Shown here piece by piece: positions 1-12,406 of a stretch of DNA of 64,000 bases. The position numbers and the translations under genes are program-made. Source of the DNA: Mizuhopecten yessoensis (Eukaryota); the NCBI RefSeq assembly GCF_002113885.1, contig NW_018407426.1:1424908-1488907 (forward strand), in the 5' to 3' direction. Numbering within the stretch: the first letter of the stretch is position 1; each line of letters begins with the position of its first letter. Below the pieces are notes generated by a model. That model did no database searches, had not been told where the DNA came from, and saw only the letters and a program-made list of their open reading frames with translations.

Positions 1-1512
1 ATAGTTTATAGTACAGATTACATTGAAATACAATTTTTATCTGCACAATTGTATTTACATTCGATTTGTTCACCGTATCATTTGACCATATGGGAGAAAA
101 GATCTTGTCTGAATCCTCAGAAATCTGTTTTCATTTTTCTGAGACCGTATAAAAGAAGAAATGTAACGAGTATTTGAAGTATAATTAGCCAACACTGGTA
201 CATCAATGTCAGCCACATTTTCTATTAAATTGAATTATAAGAAATGAAATACGATATACTACTCAATTTCATCATTTCAATTGGTCTTTCATGTTCAATG
301 AGGTCAAGAGAGACGTATATTGTGTGTGATGACCTCTGTTGACCTTTGATAAATCCCAGATATTTGACACTGTGAGACATATTGTTTGGTTAATAAAAAA
401 AACATTCTTATTAAACAATCAGACCTTCCCACAAGTTTTCACTATCATAGAAGTGATTGTCAAACATTGGAATAGTTTGCAGATTAACTTTGATGTGTTT
501 TTAAATCAGACCAGTTTAAAATTGATTAAAACTGTATCACATTCTTAATCTTTACAATGAAATTGGTTTAGTTGTAACTTTATGTACAATGTTTACTGAT
601 GACAGGGTGTGTATTTGTAGAAACACACTGTAACAGTAAATAGTATAAGAGACTCAACTGTGTACAATAGGATGGACTATCCCATGTGGGAAGTGGACAA
701 AGTATAGCTCCCTGGACAAGGACAATCTTGAACTGAAAATATATACCCCATGGGTGTAGACTGGCCCCCAACTGATTAGGGGAGCAAAGTGAAACTGGGG
801 GTTCAGGACTCCTAGAAACCCTGTATATCCTGAAAATATCCGTCAGAAGTTGGTGGTGGTAGGGGAGTGGTCAGAAACTGCCCTCCTTGCCGCCCCACAG
901 TCTACAGCCAAGTACCATAAACTCATTGTAACCTCCACCTGTTATACAGGGTCAGCTCCTCCTAGTAAGTCTCAATTATAATCAGACGAGGGATTCTGAA
1001 GTTGGCAGAAGTTGGTCTGTTTATTTCCATTTCAATTATTAGAAATTATTGAACTCATTCAATATATTTCATATACATTTAAGCAATTTTGAAAAATATG
1101 CAGGCTCCATTTTTCGCAGGGTTATAGATGTCTGTAGTACAGGACTACAACATAGACATACAAAAAAATATCTACAAATTAGCTGTGATAACAATACCAC
1201 CTGAACGTTGTTCTTTGATCAGATGAAGTGATCGAAAACACTGCCAGAACAGTTTTGAGTGTAATTAACCTTATTTAGCCCAAATTACTATAGCTATTGA
1301 TGTAGTAAGCACTACAGTTGATCACAGTGTGCTCAACATTACTGTGAGAAAGAAAAGTGTCACAGTGATTAACAAGGTGAGGACTATAGGTCACCCGCCA
1401 TCTTATTGGACCAGGTACTTCCTGTATACAGATGGTCAGATACAGATGGTCAGATAGTCCTAACACTTGTGTCTGACACCTGTGGCAGGTATCCAGGACA
1501 GGTACGCCGTAC

Positions 1513-3550
1513 CTTACAGATCTTTGTACCCGAGAACTTACAGTACATCATACACACACAGGTGACGACAGGATGATCGGCACACTGCCAGGTCTGTGAA
1601 GTTGAGGACAAAGTGCTTAAGATTGACTATCATTATATAATAATAGCAGTTGTATTTGTAGGCTGTTTTCAAAACTATTTTAGATGTGTCAATAAGACTA
1701 CTTGTTTTAGGACTTAATGAACATACGTGGATGAAAAAAAATAAAGAAAAAATATACCTGTAAATTTTCAAGATATTTTTTTGAGAGAGAAAATTCTATT
1801 TGAATATTAATTCCTTATCTATTGCAACAGCCAGGCCCATATATAGCTATTGCCAATTAAGATCTAACTTCCTTATATGGTGTCGACAGTAATTATGTAA
1901 GCTTGTAATATACCTTTATCTATGTTATCCTTTCAAAAATATCTTGTACTTAATGTACTTTTATCTAACTACCATCACTATATTGAATATTTAATGTGAA
2001 GAATTTATCGTAATGTTAAAACCCTGTCCTTGGACAAAATAGCTGGCTTCCAAAATGTAATGGGATCAATTAATGCTGTACCAAATCTTGGCACTAGTGC
2101 AAAAAGAAAAATCTGACATACAAGTAACTTCATATAGTATTAATAACATCTGTCATTATGTTATCATACATTACTTGGAAGTACTAAAATCCAAATGTAC
2201 CCGGAGGAATAAGGGCCTCACTAAAGAATCTTACAGAGACTCGACTGACCGCTTATATGCTTATGGACTGTTTTGATCTGTACAAAGTTAAAACATCCTA
2301 CAGGGAGCATGCAGAGCAGTGTACAAACCTCTTAGTATTACCCCAGATATGGGACCTTTGTACAGGGTGATAGAAACATTCCTCCGTTCGCACCCGTGTT
2401 CATGTTTTGTAAAACATTTGACCTAGCTGTCCAGACTTGTATAAGTCTCAGATCGGCCACAGCACAAGAGAACTATGTCAGTCGAGACACATGTAATCTC
2501 ATTGCTTAATTTTCATGTTTTGTATTAACGGGGGTTGTTTTGGGTGTTCAATCTTAGCAATTGTGTCTCCTGATGGTGGAAACACCTGTAAGAAATACTT
2601 ATAAACCTGGAGTGTCACATAACAAGATAAGGAACCAGAAAGAAAGAAAAAACATTTTTTGATGTCATCGAAACACAGTATCTATTGTAAGAAATTTTGG
2701 AGAAAGGATATTTTAGGAACTTTCATTTTATATCTTACTATAAAAGTTTAAATATTTGAATTCAGCAACATATGTTCTCCAAAATAGAAGGTTCACTAAA
2801 GTATCTCACTAAGAGGCACAGTAGTCTTGTGGTAGGACGCCGGGGTCATGACCGAAGGGTTGCGGGTTCGAGTCACTCCACGGCACTGTGTTGTATCTTT
2901 GAGCAAGATACTTTACTCCGCTTATTCCAGTCTACTCAGCTGTAAATGGGTACGTGGTTAGGCAGTGCTAGAACTGTTGAATGCTAGCTGTGAGCACCGA
3001 AATGGCAGCACCGGCTGTATGCTAACCAGGGAGTTGAGAAAGATATTGGCTGGTTGCAAAGGCCCTATAATGACGAATAATAATTTGTGAACTGCTTTGA
3101 GACTACCTATGATCTAGGTTGTGATAAAGCGGTATATAAGAACCTCAAATTATTATTATTATTATTAAGATACAATGTCACCCTGTGTGTTTGTAAGGAA
3201 AATTAACATATGATGTTCTGTAAGTCAAAGTGTATGAGAAAATTAAAAATCAACAGTTAATGGTTTTGACTTGTTTTCTGTAACCTGGTCATTTCCTTTG
3301 TAAACTGAAAGATTATTACACAAAATATTTTTTGAATAAAGAGTTAAGTACATACAGGGGTTGTGCTCCTTACAGAGGCTCCTGATCGGCTGCTATAGTT
3401 ACTGCCTCTATCATCCAATCCCAGTGCCTCTAACAGCTGTGCTTGGTTCTCCTCCGTAACTGTTCCTGATGATGATTGGTCAGAACCTCTTCCACTGTCC
3501 TGCAAACTTTCATCGTCCAAACTACCGAAATATTTTGATCGGAAATCCAT
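1513..3550 (-). CDS. 5' part of an unidentified gene; coding exons 3550-3356 and 1593-1513, further exons not identified
   Basis: ATG exon MDFRSKYFGSLDDESLQDSGRGSDQ...RSTTP ends at phase-0 donor CCT|GTATGT. An 81-nt phase-0 exon (cttcacag|...AAG|GTACGG) reads TWQCADHPVVTCVCMMYCKFSGTKICK. Family not recognised; joining of the two exons is inferred. Confidence 0.55.
2813..3167 (+). mobile_element. tRNA-derived CORE-type SINE, apparently full length
   Basis: A box TAGTCTTGTGG (2822) and B box GGTTCGAGTC (2865). CORE-like segment TGTGTTGTATCTTTGAGCAAGATACTTTAC...CAGCTGTAAATGGG. LINE-like tail AAGCGGTATATAAG followed by (TTA)n. Confidence 0.8.
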
Positions 3551-6493
3551 GTTCTTTCACAGTTCTTAGTTCATATATACATAATCCTCACTGATACCTG
3601 CTTTTTGATAAATCTTGAGTTTGAAGACAGATAGTATTTGAGAAAGTCTTTGGAAAACCACCAAAACTTGTGTAATACTGCTTCAATTAAACTATCTAAA
3701 TAAATGCAATACACAGAAAAATACAGAATTCTGCACTAAAATACAAGTTCATTCCTGTCCATGTTTACATGCATTGTCACCAGAAAACCAACACAAACAA
3801 ATATCTGGTTTTAAAACCTACAAAAGATTGAGATTTTATTTAATGCCTCAATTGTTTTTAAAATTATTGCAACTTGATCAAAAAGAAAATGATATCCAAT
3901 GAATTTAAAGAGACAGAGAGGTATGATTTTAATTTATTTCAAAATGAAAATATTTTCTTTAAGTTTAAACAATATGTTGCTACAGCTACATTTATCTTGA
4001 TCAGGAAACCAAACATTAAATCCTCTGGCCTTTTTTAATGTCACCGAGGTATTGAGGGGAAACAAAGACTACTCTAATCATCATCAGATAGACAATGTCA
4101 GTCATTTTCTAGCTGGTCATGGACGTGAATGACGGACAGAGGGACATTTAAACGGACACAATACAGTATAGCATTATAGGTACCTAAACAGTTGTGCGGG
4201 TAACATTCCTCCCCAATTATTTATGAAGTACACTGATACATAAGTCTTCCTCAGGCCTATCATACTCCTGTAATGATATACTACTATACAGATATATACT
4301 GCACTCTAAGCTTTTATCATTGTTCTGTATTTGCTAGAGAACAGTGTCGTTATAATTGGTCGTCTTTGTTTTTACTAGATTCATAGCAACAAAAGCATGA
4401 CAGATTGAATTGAGACTTGAAATGTTTTGTAACAACTGTGGAACAGACCATTTTTAGCCTTAATTTATTTTCTCCAATTTTTACCTTATGGTAATTAAAT
4501 AAGAGTGAAAATTCAACAAAGGGTTGAACATCTTAAAGACATGGTAAGATCCTTTCAACAAGTGAAGTTTTCTTCTGGGGACGGACAAATTCATTTAAAA
4601 AGTCCAAACAGCCAAAAGTCCAACTGGAGAAAAATAAGACAGTTTATTTTTATCTGACATACAACAGTAATTTCTATATTATCTCATGTTAATTCTAAAA
4701 TGACATACAGAAATGATGATAGATGAAAAAACTGTAAAGGTCTTATCGATATAACAGATATGATTTACTGAACAAATATATCACCTTATATTATAGAAAT
4801 AGTTATGAAATACCAAAACTTCAATTGTCTTCCTTTTCATAGTCGATATCCAGTCGAGTTGAAAACTGGTTCTATGAATAATTGATTGCAAGGAATTTTG
4901 TATAGAGATATATATGTGAAAGGTGCGGTAGGACAGACTGGTATGCGACATAATATATTTCATGAATACCCAAGAGCGGAGAGCTAGCTCATGATATACA
5001 ATAAACATTTCAGGTTCACATCAGCAGTAAGTATCATAGTATTCCTGGAAAACAGTATTCACTTCTGGAATTTACAGTAATAATCCTTCTAGGTTATTTA
5101 AGACATGATCATTCTCATTTTCAACTTGTTCTTAGCAACTCTGTAGTATTAAACCGATCCCTAATTACAACAGGCCATTTCATTGTTTGCTTTTCTTTAT
5201 TGTAGAGAGACAAAATTTGCTTTCCCTTAGTGTCGAGAAACATTCAACAGCTATTGTTTTCATGCTTTTGTCTTATCAGGTAACAATTTAAATTTACCTG
5301 AGACTTTAATTGAACTTCATTGCAAATTTGCATTTGATGTTACAAGTACAGGTAAATGGAAAGTCCCTATCCTACACCCTTGGGCATGAAAGAGTATTTT
5401 TCTCTCATTCCAACCACCAGAATAAGCTCAGAAACCATGAAAATGTGTTTGGACTCGCCACCATTTTGAAAATATCAATTTTCCCCTGAGCTTTATAGAC
5501 AAAAACGAATCAGCCAGCCATATGAAGCATATCCCATATTTGCAAACAATGTGTGCACAGAAAAATGAATCACATCTTTCTAACATGTACGGTATATATA
5601 TAGTAAAAGGTTTTAATTTCATCACGTCGCCTTTTTCGCATTGGGGCATCCGAGAGTTCCAAATTTGTGACGTCACATCATTGTTGAGCCATTTTGACGT
5701 CACGTCACGTGAAATGGGATGTAAGATAGAAATTTCCTACACCCCTTTCTTACCCAGGAGAGTTCTATCTTACACACAGGGAAATGAGAGAAATATATAT
5801 ATTATGTATCATAATACATATATATGGACAGTGGGGTGGGGATCTGTGCCAGCCCTTCTGATTGCCCACACAAGGGAAACACATCATAGATTTTTGAAGG
5901 ATAGAAGTGTTAGATAAAAAAATCTGCCTTACTGGCAAGCTATAGCTTTACCAGCCATGTGGTGCAACCCCAGACTAGGACTTGCTTGTTTAAAGATATT
6001 AGCAACATGGGGAAATACTGCCTTACTTGGAAGCTGGACCTCCCTAGTCCATAGTTACACCATCTATATATCAATAGAGGTGTTGTGTTTTAGATTCAGT
6101 CAGTACTGGCTGCTACCGACGTGATTTACAAGACCATCTATGTCTTATAAAGTTCATAAAAATCTGAAGTATGGAGAGAAATATATATGTACAGTCTTGT
6201 GCAATAGACATAAATCATGTTCCTGCTTGATGGTTTCACTTCCTGTTTTTAAGCTTATGTTGTTGATCAACTCCGCTGTGCCTGTCACCAGTATAAGTAG
6301 ATTGTCAGGCCTTTTACTGATAGATTTATCTGAGTCTGTTATCCATAAACAGACAGGAATATTCTGTGTGGAGAATCAGAGTGTTGTTAAAAAAATCCTT
6401 ACGCAGTATGCTTGGTATCAGTCATATATTTATATTATTTAACATATTGTCTTTTATACAGGAGAGAAAATTTTACTGCATCAGATTGTCGAT

Positions 6494-6580
6494 TCAGCAA
6501 ATTTCCTCTGCGTCAGAATGTCTACCGCACTCAACAAATTTCCTCTGCGTCAGAATGTCTACTGCACTCAGCGAATTTCC
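6494..6580. repeat. short ~37-bp tandem repeat, about 2.5 copies
   Basis: TCAGCAAATTTCCTCTGCGTCAGAATGTCTACCGCAC repeated with few changes. Confidence 0.75.
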
Positions 6581-6669
6581 ACTTTGAATTCTTAATGTTT
6601 TTGATATAATGATACACTGATTGCATTCTTCCTTACAAAAAATAATTAGAGATTTTTTGCACGTCACAT

Positions 6670-6683
6670 GATGCTATGGCAAC
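6670..6683. promoter_or_regulatory. possible RFX X-box
   Basis: GATGCTATGGCAAC resembles GTTNCYATGGNAAC and lies ~3 kb upstream of the minus-strand ATG at 3550. Motif match only. Confidence 0.25.
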
Positions 6684-7075
6684 CAGTCAATTTACACAAA
6701 AGGATGTGTAACATACTTGCTTGCCGTTTTGTACCATTTCTTCTGCTGTTCATGTTTTTGAAATATTTTAAAACTTTGCGTTTCTCCTCCAATGAACAAA
6801 ATCAATGACCTGGTTCTGTTAAACAGAATCGTGTTGATTTGATCTGACATAAGAAATGCTAGCCTGGGGAGACAAGCCGGGAATTTCGCACCAGCAATAT
6901 CACATATTGTTAATTAACATTGATTTCTTGATTCCTTAACAGAAATTATTTCACCAAAATCCTTGAAACTTAACACAGATGTTCATTTCCTGGTGTTTGT
7001 CACAAAGCTCTATCAAATCAGTGAGTTTTGGGTTTGGGTGGTTTGGTTTGTTTGTGCTTTTATGACAAGTATTAA

Positions 7076-7156
7076 CAGGACTCGAACCCGCGACCCAGTA
7101 GTGGAGGGTTTAGTGATCAAAGATGTCAGACAGACACCTTAACCACTTGGCCACCG
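7076..7156 (-). mobile_element. tRNA-derived SINE head fragment
   Basis: Minus strand GGTGGCCAAGTGGTTAAGG (A box) ... GGGTTCGAGTCC (B box); the middle does not form a clean cloverleaf. Confidence 0.65.
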
Positions 7157-8779
7157 CACCCATCCCCATCCCAGTGATATTTTGGACAGACAGCTGAGTC
7201 CTGGAATTTTTGAATCCAGTAATGTTTCTTTGCTTTGGGATTCATCAACACTTTGAAGATGCGTGATGTTCCGAAAAAATATTCCCCCAAAAATCACTAC
7301 GGATTACTGTTAAATGTCAAGGTTCAACAGTCAAATTGTAAAGCTTATCCAAACCATGCTTTCAAAATGGCTAAACTCTTCACAGGCAAATTCATTATGA
7401 CTATCATGACCAGACAGTGTGTTGTGTAGCGCTGTAAAGGTCAAATAATCGTTAAGTTTGTCAATACCATATCTTTCCAGTTGCTGATTTTTTCCTTAGG
7501 AAACTACTGGTACACAGATATTTTAACCATGATCAGAAATGTGTTATGTCACCACCTGAGGGTCAAGGTCATGATAAGGGGTCAAATGTCAAATCATAAA
7601 TGTAATATTTGCAGATCATAACTTTGATTGCTGTCATGCTTTATTATGAAGCTTTAAAGAAATGTGTACCCCTATGACAGAAACTTGAAGAGGAAGTGAT
7701 ATATCGCAAATGTATCAAAAAGTTATCGGAAAATTATGTATCATGATTTATGGAGATTTTTGATTCATTCATTTTGAAATTTTCAGGAAACTACATTCTA
7801 CTTAAAAGAAACCATATAAGAAACTTAACAGAGAAAAAAATACCATAATTAACATAACTTTGGGGGGAAAATATGCTCAACAATTTAAGTAACTTTTACA
7901 CATATACCAAAATCAAAGGATTTTTTAAAGGGAAATACTGTATCAAATTTAAGGTAAATTTTGGCCACAAGTGTTTCGATTATTTTGAGAAAATCTGTGA
8001 TGTATAAACTCCCTATAAAGTTACTGTAATTGTGGTACATAACTTCCATAGAACGTTACTTTCAGTGTGGTACATTTACATACTTTCTCTGTGAAGAAAC
8101 TTAAATGTGGTACGTAATTTCTGTTGGTCAGTAGGTTGCTTAAAATTTAATTCAAAACATTGGTGGCCATAGTGGACAGCCATACCATTAGAGAGTGATT
8201 GTGATGTTTTTCAATACTTGAATCTCTTATTTAACTGTCACAGAACTGACTGAATGTACACACGAGCAATCTGCTTCAAACTATTTCACATAAGTAATAT
8301 TGGGTGCTCACAAATCTCTCAAGAACAGACCTGTTGATTGGAATTTGAAATTGATCCTCGTTGAATTGACAGAGTAACTTCTTTCACTATTGTGTATATT
8401 CAAACAGAGACTTATGTAATGTTCATTTCCGTCTTTGTCATTCAGCCCATAGTTTGATTTAAACAACCACACACATGGTAGGTTTTCTTTACTCAACATC
8501 AAACAGGGCTAAAACTAGACGGTGTATTGCTGCCTCAGCAGTTTCTCTTGATTACATATATTATATACCTAAGGAAATGTTGGTTTTTCAGCGTTTACCA
8601 CCAACAGCTCATAATAAACATGTCTCAAGACCCTGTCTCACCTCTCACCAACTTACAATCCACCATTCTCTAGACCCTTCCCTAATCCATCCATACCACG
8701 CCACAAGTGTCTAGATCCCCTCTCTACTCCAAATAGCTCGAAATCCACAGATCACAGGCCTTCCACATCCATCTCTATA

Positions 8780-9614
8780 ACTGTATGTATCTAACCCCAC
8801 CTCAGGACCCCCTCTGTCTATATCTATCCCAACCTCAGAACCCCTTCCTCCTCTGTCTGTATCTAACCCCACCTCAGGACCCCCTTCTGTCTGTATCTAA
8901 CCCCACCTCAGGACCCCCCTCTGTCTGTATCTATCACAACATCAGAACCCCCTCCTCCTCTGTCTGTATCTAACCCCACTTCAGGACCCCCTTTCACCTC
9001 TGTCTGTATCTAACCCAACCTCAGGACCCCCTCTGTCACCATATAACCCCACCCCAGAACCCCCTCCCCTCTGTCTGTATCTAACCCTACCTCAGAACCC
9101 CCATCCCACTCTGTCACCATATAACCCCACCTCGGGACCCCCCTCTGCCTGTGTCTATCCCAACCTCAGACCCCCCCCCTCCTGTCTGTATCTAACCCAA
9201 CCTCAGAACCCCCTCCTCCTCTGTCTGTATCTAACCCTACCTCAGAACCCCCCATCCCACTCTGTCACCATATAACCCCACCTCGGAACCCCCTTCTGCC
9301 TGTGTCTATCCCAACCTCAGAACCCCCTCCTCCTCTGTCTGTATCTAACCCTACCTCAGAACCCCCCATCCCACTCTGTCACCATATAACCCCACCTTGG
9401 GACCCCCTTCTGCCTGTGTCTATCCCACCTCAGAACCCCTCCTCCTCTGTCTGTATTTGATCCCACCTCAGGACCCCCTCCTCCTCTGTCTGTATCTGAT
9501 CCCACCTCAGGACCCCCTCCTCCTCTGTCTGTATCTGATCCCACCTCAGAACCCCCCTCCTCCTGTCTGTATCTGATCCCACCTCAGAACCCCCCTCCTC
9601 CTCTGTCTGTATCT
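8780..9614. repeat. C-rich ~35-38-bp minisatellite running into an assembly gap
   Basis: Unit ~CTGTCTGTATCTAACCCCACCTCAGGACCCCCTCCT, with variant units alternating. Confidence 0.9.
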
Positions 9615-10383
9615 NNNNNNNNNNNNNNNNNNNNNNNNNNNNNNNNNNNNNNNNNNNNNNNNNNNNNNNNNNNNNNNNNNNNNNNNNNNNNNNNNNNNNN
9701 NNNNNNNNNNNNNNNNNNNNNNNNNNNNNNNNNNNNNNNNNNNNNNNNNNNNNNNNNNNNNNNNNNNNNNNNNNNNNNNNNNNNNNNNNNNNNNNNNNNN
9801 NNNNNNNNNNNNNNNNNNNNNNNNNNNNNNNNNNNNNNNNNNNNNNNNNNNNNNNNNNNNNNNNNNNNNNNNNNNNNNNNNNNNNNNNNNNNNNNNNNNN
9901 NNNNNNNNNNNNNNNNNNNNNNNNNNNNNNNNNNNNNNNNNNNNNNNNNNNNNNNNNNNNNNNNNNNNNNNNNNNNNNNNNNNNNNNNNNNNNNNNNNNN
10001 NNNNNNNNNNNNNNNNNNNNNNNNNNNNNNNNNNNNNNNNNNNNNNNNNNNNNNNNNNNNNNNNNNNNNNNNNNNNNNNNNNNNNNNNNNNNNNNNNNNN
10101 NNNNNNNNNNNNNNNNNNNNNNNNNNNNNNNNNNNNNNNNNNNNNNNNNNNNNNNNNNNNNNNNNNNNNNNTTCCCACTCTTTCTCTTACCCCATCACAA
10201 TTCCCCAACCTTCACCTACCAACCTTTCCCAAATCATCCATACCAATCCAAAATTGTCAAGATGCCCTATCTTCCCCAACAACTCAAAACCCACAAGTAT
10301 CCGCCCCCCTTTGCCCACCTCCATCTGTCTCTAACAAACCCTGCTGTCCCTCAGGTTACCCATTACCCCGTCTTTATCCCCAG

Positions 10384-10600
10384 CACAATCAACAAGTACC
10401 CCACCCCCAAATCTAGTCACAATCAACAAGTCCCCCATCCCCAAATCTAGTCACAATCAACAAGTCCCCACCCCCAAATCTAGTCACAATCCACAAGTCC
10501 CCCACCCCCAAATCTGGTCACAATCCACAAGTCCCCCACCCCCAAATCTGGTCACAATCAACAAGTCCCCCACCCCCAAATCTAGTCACAATCCACAAGT
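10384..10600. repeat. ~34-bp minisatellite, about 6 copies
   Basis: CACAATCAACAAGTCCCCCACCCCCAAATCTAGT repeated. Confidence 0.85.
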
Positions 10601-11240
10601 GTTGTTACCCAATTTACTTCCCCACAAGCTCACAATTGACATGTCCTACGATACAACACAGACTTGTGAAGTGCAACTGTTTGATAAAAAGGTCTTAAAG
10701 TCTTAAAACGAAATCTAAGGTATACTTTCGAGTTTCCCCAATGATATGTTCTTGACATTTTATAATGCAACTCGTCTATGTGTACAGCGTAAGAACAGAG
10801 CCCGCATTCTTGACAATCGTTTGGTAAAGGTTATAAATGGAATAAGCATTTCATGAAATCCTGGTAACAAAACGGATTTCCGTGTATGTGGGCCTGACAA
10901 ACAGACGTACCTGCTGATAAGGAAAATATATGCTTACCTGGTGTATATTTATAGGTGTTACAAAAGGATAAATAATAGGTAAAAAGTGTATGTTATTCAG
11001 GTGTAGTGTTTCATCAATCAGTGAAAATGGTGTATAAGGTAACCTTTTGACCTTGAATAAAAATGCAATGGTATGACCTTGGGTAAGGTTATAAATCTAT
11101 GAAAAGAGTTACTGTGTGTACAGTATTTTTAACTGCATTATCACGTATTAAGTAACAATTTTCTTGAATTGTATTTTTTGAAAGCAAATAAAGATATTTG
11201 ATTCTACCTTGTACGATGATATTTAAAACTTGTTTGAAAG

Positions 11241-11905
11241 TTTAGCAAAACTGGACTGGATTCAATTTTCAGCAACCAGGTAGCTCAATCTGTTGGAACG
11301 TCTATAACGTTCAGAGGTCTAGGTTCGAATCCCAGTCTGGCAATGTATGTACTGTCCTTTCCTGTTACATTCCGCACTCAACTAAACATACCCATGGAAC
11401 GTGTTGTAAGGTTTCATGTGTGTTTGGGGTCAAAGACTTTGTTGAAGGAGGCCAAAATGTAGCGGAACTTGACTGAGTGATTGCTGGCGACAAGGTAGCT
11501 CTTTTGGTTTGAGTGTCTGTGTAGAGTTCAGAGGTCATGAGTTCAAATCCTAATCTTACTGTGCATTTTCCTCTAATGTTACAATGATGCTTTACATGTG
11601 ACTTACCCTTGTTTTTAAGTACTGTCTATAAGCTTGGCAAGGGTATACCCAAACCTTGGTTGTACATAGTGTTGTCTTGCGGGTTTAAGTCTTGGAAAAG
11701 GAAGGAAGGAGGTAGCAGAAATGTACTAGTTGGGTTAATTGCCAATGACCAGGTAGCTTAATTGGTTCGAGTGTCTGTCTCTAGTTGGAGGTCCAAGGTT
11801 CAAGTCCCAGTCTGTCTCTAGTTGAAGGTCCCAGGTTTGAGTCCCAGTCTGGCTGATTGAACGGCCCTGCACAGTGGCTGTACATTTTTCCTTTCCTGTT
11901 ATACA
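11241..11905 (+). mobile_element. degenerate tandem TRIM-like element with three tRNA-like terminal repeats (Helenus/biv-TRIM-like)
   Basis: Three related units (~11241-11369, 11458-11583, 11711-11905). Each has a GGTAGCT A-box-like and a GTTC(G/A)A B-box-like motif and ends TGTTA(TA)CA. Units 2 and 3 are preceded by purine tracts. Confidence 0.5.
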
Positions 11906-12406
11906 AGGAATTTTGGTGTACACTGTATTTTGTTATGAAGTTATAATTCTGTACTGCAGTTATCAGTACTTGGACAAGTTACCCAGTACTCTGTAAGACA
12001 GGTCACAGATTTTTAGATGTGTTTCAATCATAATTTACTGATAAACACTGGCAGCTAGTTATATTATACACACTTCATGTTCAGTAGATTTTACATATAA
12101 GATCAGTCTTATTAACCTGTTACCGGTGTGTGAAAATCACATAATCACACCATATAAAGGGAGGTAATGCATACATGTATTAGGTAAAAACTTACTTTAA
12201 GCAGAAGGGTAAATTAAATGTTGACATTCATACAGAATGGAGCTCAACTGTAACACACATACATTTCCTGCCCATTTTTTGTGAAAAAAATATCTAGAGT
12301 CTACAGTATCTTTTTTTATTTCAACCAGACATAATCAATCCCCGTATATATATGTAGTATATGTTTTAGCCCTACATACAGATGTTTTATGGTTTGTATT
12401 TTACAG

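Noticed and set aside
580-735. Possible third exon of the minus-strand gene (acceptor ttttcag near 733)
   Set aside because: No canonical donor and no recognisable protein in the required frame; left unassigned.
2816-2890. Possible tRNA genes (also 7076-7156 and 11275-11340)
   Set aside because: A/B boxes are present, but there is no proper acceptor or anticodon stem and they continue into SINE/TRIM bodies.
5660-5712. Clustered TGACGTCA/CACGTG motifs
   Set aside because: They sit in sequence that looks like a dispersed repeat (similar character near 18830-18890), with no link to a TSS.
9546-10208. ORFs spanning N runs (also 16585-16866)
   Set aside because: Assembly-gap artefacts.
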